A DNA stretch of 64,000 nucleotides from Epiperipatus broadwayi (lineage: Eukaryota; Animalia; Onychophora). The stretch lies in the NCBI GenBank assembly GCA_028023455.1, contig JAQFVV010000003.1, forward strand, positions 14,384,001 to 14,448,000. Reading direction: 5' to 3'. The notes below the pieces were generated by a model, which was not told where the DNA came from, searched no databases, and worked only from the letters and a program-made list of their open reading frames with translations. Positions within the stretch are counted from its first letter, which is position 1; each line of letters begins with the position of its first letter. This document shows, piece by piece, positions 53,546 through 64,000 of this stretch. Made by a program: the position numbers and the translations under genes.

Positions 53546-53824
53546 GATATAGTATAACACAAGTAAATTTTAAACACATTTCTAACTAACTCTAAATGTT
53601 TTGATGATAACATACTTTAAAAAATGACTTTTTTAAATAGAAAGTTTGCTACACATTTAATTCAAAAACATTTTACATATAATTGCTTTTTGACTACAAT
53701 TCCTGATTAGCAAATTATAAAATATTACTAAAATTTAACGCATCTAAAACATAATATAAAAACAATATTTAATACAGAAAGCAAAACTCTCCATAAAAGT
53801 CACTTCACTAAGTATAAGCCAGGG

Positions 53825-54350
53825 TAATCGATGGATGCAGGAAGATTTGGTCATAAAATTCCTACCTACTGCCTACTCATTCAATATTCCCAAACTAGTT
53901 TCTAGCTTGTGGCTTTCATCAGTGACAGCACTGCACATAAATTTTAGGATCTAATGTAATCCTCCATCAGTCACCTTTTACCTTTTTAGTTGAGTTCAGA
54001 TCTACATGACTATATAGGCAAATGAGCTTTAATTGAAAACAATATTGTGTTTTCATTTTGGACTCAAAGCTGTATAGTTAACTAAAAAGTAAAAGGTGGA
54101 TGCTGGAGGCTTGCATTAGATCCTAAAATCTGGGTGCAGTGCTCTCAAATCTAAAGCTCCTCACTGATGAATGCCACAAACTAAAAACTTGTCTGGGTAT
54201 ATTGGATGAGTATACACTAGATAAAGATTTTATGCACAAACCTTCCTGCATCCAGATTACTCTGGCTTGCATTGAGTGGCGCTATTGTATGGAGAATTTT
54301 GCCTCTGAGTTAATGGTTTGGATTTGCATAAAGAACAGTGATCATGTAAT
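53825..54350. mobile_element. Foldback dimer of hammerhead-bearing family B
   Basis: Arms ~53870-53992 / ~54076-54215 are inverted. Homologous to 30940-31549. Confidence 0.8.
53888..53927 (-). ncRNA. Near-canonical minimal type I hammerhead ribozyme (family B)
   Basis: TGTCA CTGATGA A-AGC-CACAA-GCT-A GAAA CTAG TT TGGGA. Core intact and palindromic ACTAGT stem III, but an A-A mismatch closes stem II and stem I is weak. Confidence 0.55.
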
Positions 54351-56306
54351 GATTATTGGCAAAATCAATATTTATTACCCACTTCTTTCCCTTGGAATCT
54401 TTCTATTTTCATTTCTTGATATATTTATTTAAATTTAAATTAAAGAAGAAAAAAAGTATATACACATATTTATTTTATATAAAATTGTTACAAAAACAAT
54501 AAGTAAAGAAAAAAGTTTATATAAATAATTTTTGTAATGATAATTAATATATTTTCTTGAATAAATGTGGTAAAAGGAGTTCTATGAATCAATGGATTAA
54601 TGTGTCGGAATCACTTTTACCAAATATAGCAAAAGACATTGAAATGTTACATGAAAAAAGCTTTGTAGAAATTTGATAATGGAATTTAAAGATTTTTAAA
54701 AATGATGAAGGATTTTCCATATACAAAAAAAATTGATTAATTTGATATGCATAGCTATTTCATTAATATCTATATATCATGATCGTTTTCGATGATGATA
54801 ATAAATTATTTAAACAAAATAAAATATATCAAAGTCAACAACTAAGCAAGTACATGAATATAAAATATTAAATAGTTTCATTTAGCTCCCCCCCCCCTTT
54901 TTTTATAATATTAACATGATTATTTTAAAAGGCAGTTTATTAGAACTTTAAAGACTTTAGGCAAAAGTACAACTAAAAAATTATTAGATAATTTAAGTTT
55001 TTCATAGAAATTTACTAGTTTTAAGTTTTTAAACTATTTATTATTCAGTGAATCAATAATTGTTTGTCTATTCATTTATTTTAACCAACTATTAATTTTG
55101 CTTTGTTCAAACTTTATTGAAGTTGACAAACTGATTAATAAATATCAAATAGTTCATAAATTTAGGTTTAACTTTGAGATAACAATAAAATAAAAATGCA
55201 AAACAAATAAATAAGAAACTATTTGCTTACAACATTGGGTTTCTAAGATGTTCTAAGATTAGTTTTGTTTTTCATTTCCTTGACAATTTCATTTAGGATT
55301 TTATTAATAAAGTATTTCAACATGTAATTAAAATACAGGTAGTGGCATTCATGACAAAAGAAAAAGTAATGGGTTAATCCTCTACCTTTGAATGTTATAT
55401 AAATCTCACATAACATTAATTAGATAAAATTTAATATATACTTCTCCAAAAAAAAACAGAACAAAAAAACGGCCCTTTTATGATCTTTGTTTGGAGTTAC
55501 ATGACTTAAAATAGCACGTAATGTAATCAGGAAGTTTTATTCTACTTTAGCAGGACTTATTTAGACTCTAAAAAAGAAAACTATGTAGAAAAATAAATAA
55601 ATAATTGTTATCAACTTTATTTTCAGTAATTCTCATATAAATATATAGATGAGAATAATGGTCTTATAAAGACGAATAAATTTTTATTACTTTCACTGAC
55701 AATAATTTTAAAAATATTTGTATTAATGTGCTTTAAATTCGTGGCCTTTTTAATAAGCTAATTTGATATACTAAATTTTCACTTAAAATATTCACTTACA
55801 TACCTTTTAAATTTTTTTTTTTTTAAGTTATTAAAAATAAACCTCTCCAATATATTATGTTAAGATCCACATGCTTATATATCTAAAACGTAAAAGTGTG
55901 TGGACACATATTTATTCAATGTTAACGTTATTGTTAAGTATGTTCACACATCTAAAAATTAAATTTACTTTTAGAAATTTGATTATTTTCTTTTTATAAT
56001 TAGTAACTTAATAAGCCCAGACAATATATAAAAAATAAAAAGGACAATTTTAAAATTTAAAACTACTATTTTTATTATGAATTTTTTTTTTTTCAATCAC
56101 ACTCATCTACTTTTACAATATATACATTTTGTATCGAGAATCTGCATAGTGTCTCTTCTGACATCTGAGATATTCACACATAGATGAATACATTCAACAT
56201 ACAATTAGATTATTTTTGAATCAAAATGATAAGCCATTTGTGTAATGAAGAGTAATCAAATCTGGTCCTCTCTGATTTGGTTGGTGTTCTGGACATGATG
56301 AACCTA

Positions 56307-56720
56307 TGTCACACCCGGATTAATTATAACCCATTTACAGCAGGGGCCGAAGCGACTTAACCTTGTCCAAGGAGTGGGGCTGGGTTCTCAATAAACTGAG
56401 TTCTGTCTGATGGGTCATGGATGGGTCTGAGGGAGCTGCTTGGAGACTTGCCAGATGGGCTGAGAGCTGGTTGTCCTGCATGAACTCTCCTCAAATGGAC
56501 ATAGCATCCCCTTGATTGACTAACATTTGATCTGTGATAATTCATATCCTTTTTTCCTCTTTTTGTGTTTTTTCTTGATGTTTGTACTTGGAGTGCATTT
56601 TTTATATACCTGTAATACCTAATCTATTGTATAAGGCAGTTCTGTTGCTTTGGGCCACCACCCAGTTTCAGAATATCAATGCAACATTGTAGTCTCTATC
56701 GCCCACTGCTGCAGGTGACA
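56307..56720. mobile_element. Probable solo LTR (414 bp)
   Basis: GC-rich island bounded by the inverted termini TGTCAC...GTGACA. No TSD seen. Confidence 0.5.
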
Positions 56721-58774
56721 GAATGTGGTACCTGCACAGGTGGATCATACTTTAGTGACTTAATAAAGTTGCTTTGAGAAAAAAAAAGAATAATACTTTT
56801 TTTTTTTTAGAAAATTAAATCATTTTATAAGCCAGATTATTATTTTTTTTTTTTATTAATAAAAGAATATTATACTATTTGTTTAAATCATGATTATTTT
56901 TATAGCCAACCTATTGAATACTCTTATATTAATGTTTGTTTTTTGTTGCAATTGGTACTAGTATTTATTATTTTATTTTTTCCTTTTTAATAAATTTGAA
57001 TTTATATTGTGATCTAACTGGATGAACAACTATTATGTATGGTAGATATAAACAACATATTTTTAGCTCAGACTAATCAGATATCTTTCTTTTATATAAA
57101 ATTCTAATAATACAAATCTTAATCATTTAATGTCTAATATATTTTATCAATATTAATAAATTGTTTAACAATAAAATAATAATAATCATGAAACTTGTTA
57201 TCTAATCATCGAATAAAGTATTCCTTTATAACATTAAGTATATGCTAAAAGCATGCTCTCAATGGCATAGGAGTATCACAGAACACTAAGTCCTCTAAAA
57301 GATCAATGATACTCCAATGACTCACAATAAAATAAGTAAATTATATTTAGTATTAAAATTTCCTATGTTAAATTTAATTATAATACAATATTCATCTACT
57401 TATTAAAATGACTGTATATTACTCCTTTATTAACATTCCTTAATTGATATTGATGATGATGTTATTTATATAACTACTTCATATAGAACATTCATGTTAT
57501 TTCTTTATCATCATACAGACAACTTATTCATCTTTATGTATATATATATGAATTATCAGAAGAGATACCATAACATTCTGTTTTCAGTACATAAATAGTA
57601 CCAACATTTCTCTAGCTCAGATATTTTTTTCAGGATATATAGTGAAATGTTAATGTATATATTGGGAGTACGACCAATATATTAAGAATAGTACAGTCAA
57701 CTAAATAATTTAAATAACAAAATTAATTTATTTAAGACAAGTTGATTGAGTACTTTTCAAATTATGTTATAAGATTCCTATAAAACTAATATACATATGT
57801 CATAATTAATTATACTAATAGCAACAAGAATTTAAATGATTCTATAATAGATATACATTATTAGAAATGCTTTGTTTATAAAAATTATACATTTGATCAT
57901 TTTTAAATTCTTTTGTAATTTACAATGTTAAAAAGGAACAAATAATGACAAAAGCAAAAAAAAAAAAAGAAATATTAAATTTTAACTTATATGATATAGA
58001 TGTTTTACTGCATCAAAGTTTAGTTTAGATTGTTTGTTACCAGGAAAATTTTTTTTATAATGTTAAATAACTTTTTTTTAAAAGTAAAATAGGAAATGGC
58101 ACTGAAAAAATCATATTGTTTTTAATGAGTTTTTAAGGGTTTGGCTTTCCTAGACCGAAACATAAAGAAGATTTTTTTAATGTTAACGACAGAGTTATCT
58201 AACATTATATTTCTTTTTATGCAATGGTAAGATGTTTATTAAATACATAGAATGTTGATTTCAAATATCTGAAACACTATGAGCATATAAAAATATAATT
58301 TGTAATTAAGAAATTCTTTAGTTAGGAGCATGGTTGAAAAAAACTTTAAATAAAAGTGCTACTGTTAAAACCCTTGAGTATCATTGCTGAAAATTTTGTA
58401 ATTTTATTATAATAAAGATACTAATATTCAAAGTACTATCAGTGGGATTTATTAATATAACATTGTTGGGATTATCAGATAAAATGACAAGATTAGTTTT
58501 TCAACGTAGAGAAAGATATTAAATACAGATAATTTAGATTTATATTCCAACAAATTCTTATTCAAATAAAAAGAAATTTTTATAAAGATATGCAAACTGT
58601 TTTTTGATTAGATCAAACAACACTTTATGTTAGAATTGGGAAATAATTAAAAGATAAAAGTATTGTGGGTAAACTTAAATATTGTGTTAGAAATGAAAGA
58701 CAGAGATTATTAAAAGATTACATATATTAATAATTGATATAACCAATCTTTACAAATACTACAATAAATGTTAA

Positions 58775-59092
58775 ATATAGAGGATTTGAACTCAAACTTT
58801 CAAACCCTTCATTATCCACACTATCTCATACTACTGATACACATAACCACACACATTCAGAAAAGATAAATTATTACCAATATATATATTTCGTGTTAAA
58901 CCAGCACTCATCAGTTGATTCAGATTACCATCTCCCATATATATATATAATCAGTCCTCAGTTTACATTAAGATAGCAAATCCATACACTTTAATGAACA
59001 GGCTTCAGTCCACTTCAACCTCCAACTCTTCAGCCATCCATACCATTGAAAATCTGATGATAGAATTTCCAAATGCCATGCTGATGCCAATA
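58775..59092 (-). mobile_element. Monomeric copy of hammerhead-bearing family A
   Basis: Collinear with the arms of 38671-39085 and 49138-50065. Ends in the ...TTGAAAGTTTGAGTTCAAATCC module. Confidence 0.85.
58876..58919 (-). ncRNA. Minimal type I hammerhead ribozyme with intact catalytic core (family A)
   Basis: 5'-ATCAA CTGATGA GTGCT-GGTTT-AACAC GAAA TATATA TA TTGGT-3'. Stem I ATCAA/TTGGT, core CUGAUGA and GAAA, G10.1-C11.1 pair, palindromic AT stem III, AUA cleavage triplet. Confidence 0.8.
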
Positions 59093-59299
59093 TTTAAAAA
59101 AATTATCAATCCTTGATGATATATCAGATTTGAATGAGGTTAATAAAAATATAAATAATACTTTACCAGAAACTGCTATTCAGATTGCTGATACAAAAAG
59201 GCAATAATTTACTATTAAATTTAAAATGAGGCAACTCAACCTATAAAAAAAAAATTGTTTAAAAATGAAAAGTGATCTATTTAAAATAATCTAATATCT

Positions 59300-59815
59300 G
59301 GAATTCTATAAAAAGAAGTTAAAAAGATTTAATGATGATATAAGGAAATATAATTGAGAATTACAAGAAAGGCTATAGGAAAAAAAATTATCAAAGATAT
59401 AATGTAACATTCTGATAGTGAAAAAAAAAGTTGTTTTAGCAATAATAAAATATATTACTACTTTTAAAAAAGGACAACATAAATAGAGTGTGTTGAAGAG
59501 TTTTGGAAAAAACTGTATAGTAATAAACAATAAGAAAAATAAATTACAAAAATAGAATAAATAAAAACAATTACATCTTTTGAAATACCAAATGTTTTAA
59601 ATAAAGAGACAACATATATTATTAAATCCATAAAGAATGAAAAAGCTTTAGTAAATGATAGAATTATTTTTGATATTTTAAAAAGAAGTAAATAAAAAAA
59701 AAATAGAAAAATTGTTGACAAAGTGACATGTCAAATATGTAAATGATAAAATGTACTAGATGATTGGAACAATATTAAAGTCGTATTTATGTTTAAGAAA
59801 GGTGCAAAAGAGTCT
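59300..59815 (+). mobile_element. Degraded LINE fragment (pre-RT and RT domain 0)
   Basis: K/N-rich region ending in NVLDDWNNIKVVFMFKKGAK. Confidence 0.4.
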
Positions 59816-59885
59816 TATCAGTTCTGTAAAAGATTTTTACTTAGGTCATTAAAATTCAAATATAAAAAACTTTGGAATTAAATCA

Positions 59886-60616
59886 TGTAGTGTTTGTAAA
59901 AATGGCAGACATTTTTGTGCACTCCAGAAAAACTAGAATTTATTCGAGAGGTTGTTTTTAGATCGCACTCTGACAGCTGAGGAATTTAATTAGTACATTG
60001 ACGTAATGGTGATCGACAATTCCAAGAAATATTTGCTGATTGCAAATATTTCTAGATAAGAGACGTTACCTTATTGGTCAGTGTATTGATTGATTGTTGC
60101 AATTGTCAGAGAGCGATAAGAAGACTGGGTAACATCCAGCAGTGTAACATAGAGAGCAGTCAAGCAGTACTGAGTAAGCAGTATTTAAGTAGAGATATCT
60201 CGCATCAATGCTGGCAGTTAATGATCAGCGCCCAGTGGAAATGTAGTTCACAGGTGTAGCTGAAAGAGACCACAGCAGAGATATTGAGAGCATTTGTTGG
60301 AGAGCTTCATTGCAGACCAATTCGTTGGAGAGCTTTGTTGCAGACCAATTCGTTTGGAGAGCTTCGTGGCAGACCAATTCATTGGAGAGCATTCATTGCA
60401 GATCAATTCAGTGGAGAGATTGCAGACCAATTCGTTGGAGAGCTTCATTGCAGACCAATTCGTTGGAGAGCATTCATTGCAGACCAATTCGTTGGAGAGT
60501 TTCATTGCAGACCGATTCGTTGGAGAGCCCTCGTTGAAAAAGAACAGCGTGGGAATTGTATAACATTATTTGCTGACCGCACAGTATGACTTGCAGTTAT
60601 AACATTGGCACAGTCG
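59886..60616 (+). mobile_element. LTR remnant with a following tRNA-Ser-type PBS
   Basis: Ends GTTATAACA (60604), followed by T-TGGCACAGTCG, 10/11 match to the start of the insect tRNA-Ser PBS TGGCGCAGTCGGTAGGAT. TATTTAAG box at ~60180. Left boundary uncertain. Confidence 0.55.
60296..60535 (+). repeat. 28-bp tandem array (8 units + partial) inside the LTR remnant
   Basis: Unit GTTGGAGAGCTTCATTGCAGACCAATTC with 1-nt indels and one 24-bp unit. No spacers. Confidence 0.95.
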
Positions 60617-60819
60617 TAAGTGCGGATATAACAAATCAAAAGAGAAAACTGTCTTTAAAAATGATTATAACATAATAGATCACAAATAAATATTAAACAC
60701 ATAATTGATTGACTTTATTGCTTAAGAGTTTATAAAAAGTTGGGGAAGTGATCAGAGGAATTTACTTCCAGAATCTGATACTTCTATGCAGGGTATAGTA
60801 TTATAAAAATCTTGAGTTT

Positions 60820-61045
60820 GAATTGCCTTTATATATTAAATTTATAGATTATAAAAATACACTTAATTCCATGAACTTGCAGCGAATAAAGCTTTAAGAC
60901 ATGACAATTCATATCTAGTTATTGTAAAAACATTGAGTATAAGTTGCCATTATATATTACATTTATAGATTATAAAAATACATTTAGCTCTATGAATTTG
61001 CAGTGAATAAAGCTCTGGGACATAAAGATGCAGATCTAGAATATT
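60820..61045. repeat. ~120-bp diverged tandem duplication
   Basis: TTGCC.TTATATATTA.ATTTATAGATTATAAAAATACA...GAATAAAGCT at ~60820 and ~60941. Confidence 0.75.
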
Positions 61046-61174
61046 GTTAAATTCTAAAGAATATTCATTAAAATGCCTCAGCAATGAATAGATTACATAA
61101 TGATAAATCACAATCTAACAATACAACTATTGTATAAAACAAAAAAACATTAACATAATTTAAAATACTATTGC

Positions 61175-62352
61175 CTGGTGCATTCAACTCATTTGAGTCA
61201 TTATCATGACTGTATAAAAATTGTTATACTCTACTAAGTGATAAACCTGAACATTTCATTATATCAGCCATGAAAAATTAATTGGAAAACTGATTAACTT
61301 TGCATTAATAGCGCCAGAAATTTTTTTTATAACATATGACTCCTTGATCTTACATTTTTTATTATGTGTTTTATACATTAATACATTAATGTGATGTTTA
61401 TTGATTTAAACTATTATGGACAACATACATTTCCTGTAATACATTGATGAATACAGAAAGATGAATAAACTGTAGCATCCTCCATTGCTTTGTTATTTGT
61501 ATATTTATATTGTTGAATATGATAATATTTGTCTTAGTTTCACCAATATATATATTGCATTACAATCTGGTTGTGGGCTTTTAATAGAATACAAAACACT
61601 TCTTTTATCCTGTTTGATGCCAACCTGAAATCTTAGCTAAAAAATTTCATTATATATTTGTTAATATAAAGAATAAAAGCTAATGACATCCATAGTTTAT
61701 TATTCACAATTACATTAGCACTATTGTGTCTTTTATATTGTTTTAACACAATTGATAACAATCTTTGCTTATTATACCCAACTTTTAGCATAACAATCTA
61801 TATTATCTTTACAAAATGCTTCATTTGAACATAACTGCTGATTACATATTAAAAAACCTCCTTAAACCAGCCAACTTGTGTATTAAAGGAATATTAGATG
61901 ATGAATGAATAAATCCTCTATTATCCATATGCTTAAACACCATTTTATATACAAATTTATCATCTACATATATTTGCAAATCTAGATACTTAATAGTAGC
62001 ATTTACATCCTCTTCCATGAGCCATACTAACTCATTTCGGTTTTGAAAACTTTCATAAATTTAGTTTACAACATACAGTTCCCCATATATCAAAACATAA
62101 TCTACATATCGGCAAAGCAGCATATTCACATTTTTTAATAATATGGGCTTCACTGCTCTATACTGTCAACAAACTAATTGTTTAATGCACCACTCAACAC
62201 AAGACCCATAGGCCATTTCTTCTACAGTCTATGTAATTGTCTCCAATATGTTACCACAATATTCTTACTTATCCAATCCAAAACATCCACAATAAAATAC
62301 ATTTTCCCTTATAACATATTATTAACCATCAGTCTATCTTGTAAAATTGTAA
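61175..62352 (-). mobile_element. Decayed Penelope-like element: RT, GIY-YIG and 3' hammerhead-like relic
   Basis: KKWPMGLVLSG, YLDL, KRSVLYSIKSPQPDCNAIYIGETK (GIY-YIG). Downstream ATGATAATG-ACTC-AAAT-GAGT-TGAAT at ~61175-61210. Confidence 0.85.
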
Positions 62353-62394
62353 TGAAGTCTTTAGTTGAGTATGGGATAGGCTTGATAAGGCAGC

Positions 62395-63120
62395 TATAGT
62401 GATGGAGCATAAATTGGTGTTTTTGGATGTAGTGAAATTATATGATTCAGTAGATTGGGCTGCAACAATTACAATTTTACAAGATAAGCTGATGGTTAAT
62501 GATATGCCACAAGGGAAAATGTCTTTTATTGTGGAAGTTTTGGATTGGATAAGTAAGAATATAGGGATAGCATATGGGAGTCAATTATATAGAATGAAAA
62601 AGGGATGATCTATGGATATTGAAGTGAGTGGTGTATTTAGAAGTTTGTAAGTATGCTGTATTGCAGATATGTGGATGATGTTTTGAAATACAGGGAACTG
62701 TATGTTGTAAAATAAAGTTATGAAGGTTTCCAGAATTGGAATGAGTTAATATGGACTATGAAAAAGGATGACAATGCTACTACTAAGTATCTAGATTTGC
62801 AAATATCATATGTGGATGATACATTTGTATATAAAATGGTGTTAAAGCATATGGACAATAGAGGATTTATTCATCCACCATCTAATGTTCATATAGCACA
62901 CAATTTTGCTGGTTTAAAAAGTTTTTAATGCGCAGTCAGCAGTTATGTTCAAATAAAGAATTTTGTAAAGATAATATAGATTGCTATATGCAGGATTCGA
63001 TAAAAGCTGGGTATAATAAATAAAGATTGTTATCAATTGTGTTAAAACATTATAAAAGACACAAAAGTACTAATGTAATTGTGAATAACAAACCATGGAT
63101 GTCATTAGCTTTTATTCCTA
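62395..63120 (+). mobile_element. Second, inverted Penelope RT copy
   Basis: LVFLDVVKLYDSV, RYVDDV and YLDLQI motifs. 62467-63120 is the reverse complement of 61672-62352 (roughly 85% by eye). Confidence 0.88.
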
Positions 63121-63659
63121 ATTGTAATGGTATACATTTATGCTGTCACATCGCTTTAAAAAAAAAAAAAGATCGATAAATAAATATAAAAGTTAATTTT
63201 ATTTACATCGATATATAAAATTGCACAGGTGGAAAATTATTAAAGTAAAGAAAAATCTAAAGATAAAAGATTTTTTTTTTTTGAAAATAATGTAAAAGAA
63301 AATAAAAGCTGTTAATTATTTTCTATTTACAAATTATTCTAAATTTGATTTTCTATTTAGAAATTATTTTAAATCTTAGAATGGAAATGATTTTCTATTG
63401 AAATTAATGACATAATAGCAAACAGGCTTTTGAGGCATTTAACGATCAGTCAGGTAAGAGATCAACTAAAAACAATTCCTAGTAATAAAATATTATGTTC
63501 CTGATCAAAAGTAAACTGGCCAATAAACGATGGGAATGAAGATGCGGTCCACAGAGAAAATCATTATTGCCAATAAGATTAGCATGAAGCCAGCCAAGAT
63601 TGATCCTGCAATTTGATGATGAGGAATTCAAAACGATATAAAAGAGAAGTAGATGTATA

Positions 63660-64000
63660 TTTATATTGGACTATTTCCATCATCTAATATAAGTGTTGAA
63701 TGTCTTTAGAAAAGTTTAATTTTATTTAAACATTCCAAATGCATTTAACTGTTAGTAATATAACAGCAAATAGGTTAGTATATGCACCAACTGTTAGTAA
63801 TATCACAGCAAACAACTGTTAGTAATATCACAGCAAACAGGTTAGTATATGCACTAACTGTTGTGATATTATGAACAGTTAATGCATATACTAACCTGTT
63901 TGCTGTGATATTACTAACAGTTGTTTGCTGTGATATTACTAACAGTTGGTACATATACTAACCTGTTTGCTGTGATATTACTAACAGTTGAATGCATTTG
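63660..64000. repeat. Young modular palindrome, family C
   Basis: 63736-63862 is mirrored at 63874-64000 with an 11-nt loop. Arms are built from AACTGTTAGTAATATCACAGCAAAC and AGGTTAGTATATGCAC modules. Runs off the window edge. Confidence 0.9.

Noticed and set aside
60296-60535. CRISPR-like array
   Set aside because: Units are contiguous with no unique spacers, there are no cas genes, and the context is eukaryotic LTR. It is a minisatellite.

Overview
Very AT-rich, CpG-depleted eukaryotic DNA, probably from an invertebrate or arthropod (inference; the species cannot be identified). It is mostly intronic/intergenic and packed with decayed transposable elements. The largest element is a full-length but inactivated Ty3/Gypsy LTR retrotransposon (2863-12306; ~1.86 kb LTRs, ATAT TSD, tRNA-Pro-type PBS, gag/PR/RT/RH/IN relics). 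Also present: three Buster-type hAT elements with 8-bp NNNTANNN target sites, several RTE-clade LINE fragments, a LINE with an esterase-type ORF1, Penelope-like (RT + GIY-YIG) relics and LTR remnants. A candidate multi-exon host gene lies on the minus strand, starting in a CpG-retaining island at ~44-46 kb; its product is not recognised. The most striking pattern, which the ORF track does not show, is at least two families of non-coding repeats carrying minimal type I hammerhead ribozyme motifs. One copy at 58876-58919 has an intact catalytic core. These repeats are repeatedly arranged as foldback (inverted) dimers, consistent with non-autonomous Penelope-derived, retrozyme-like elements. All alignments were made by eye, so boundaries of degraded elements are approximate and identities are estimates.
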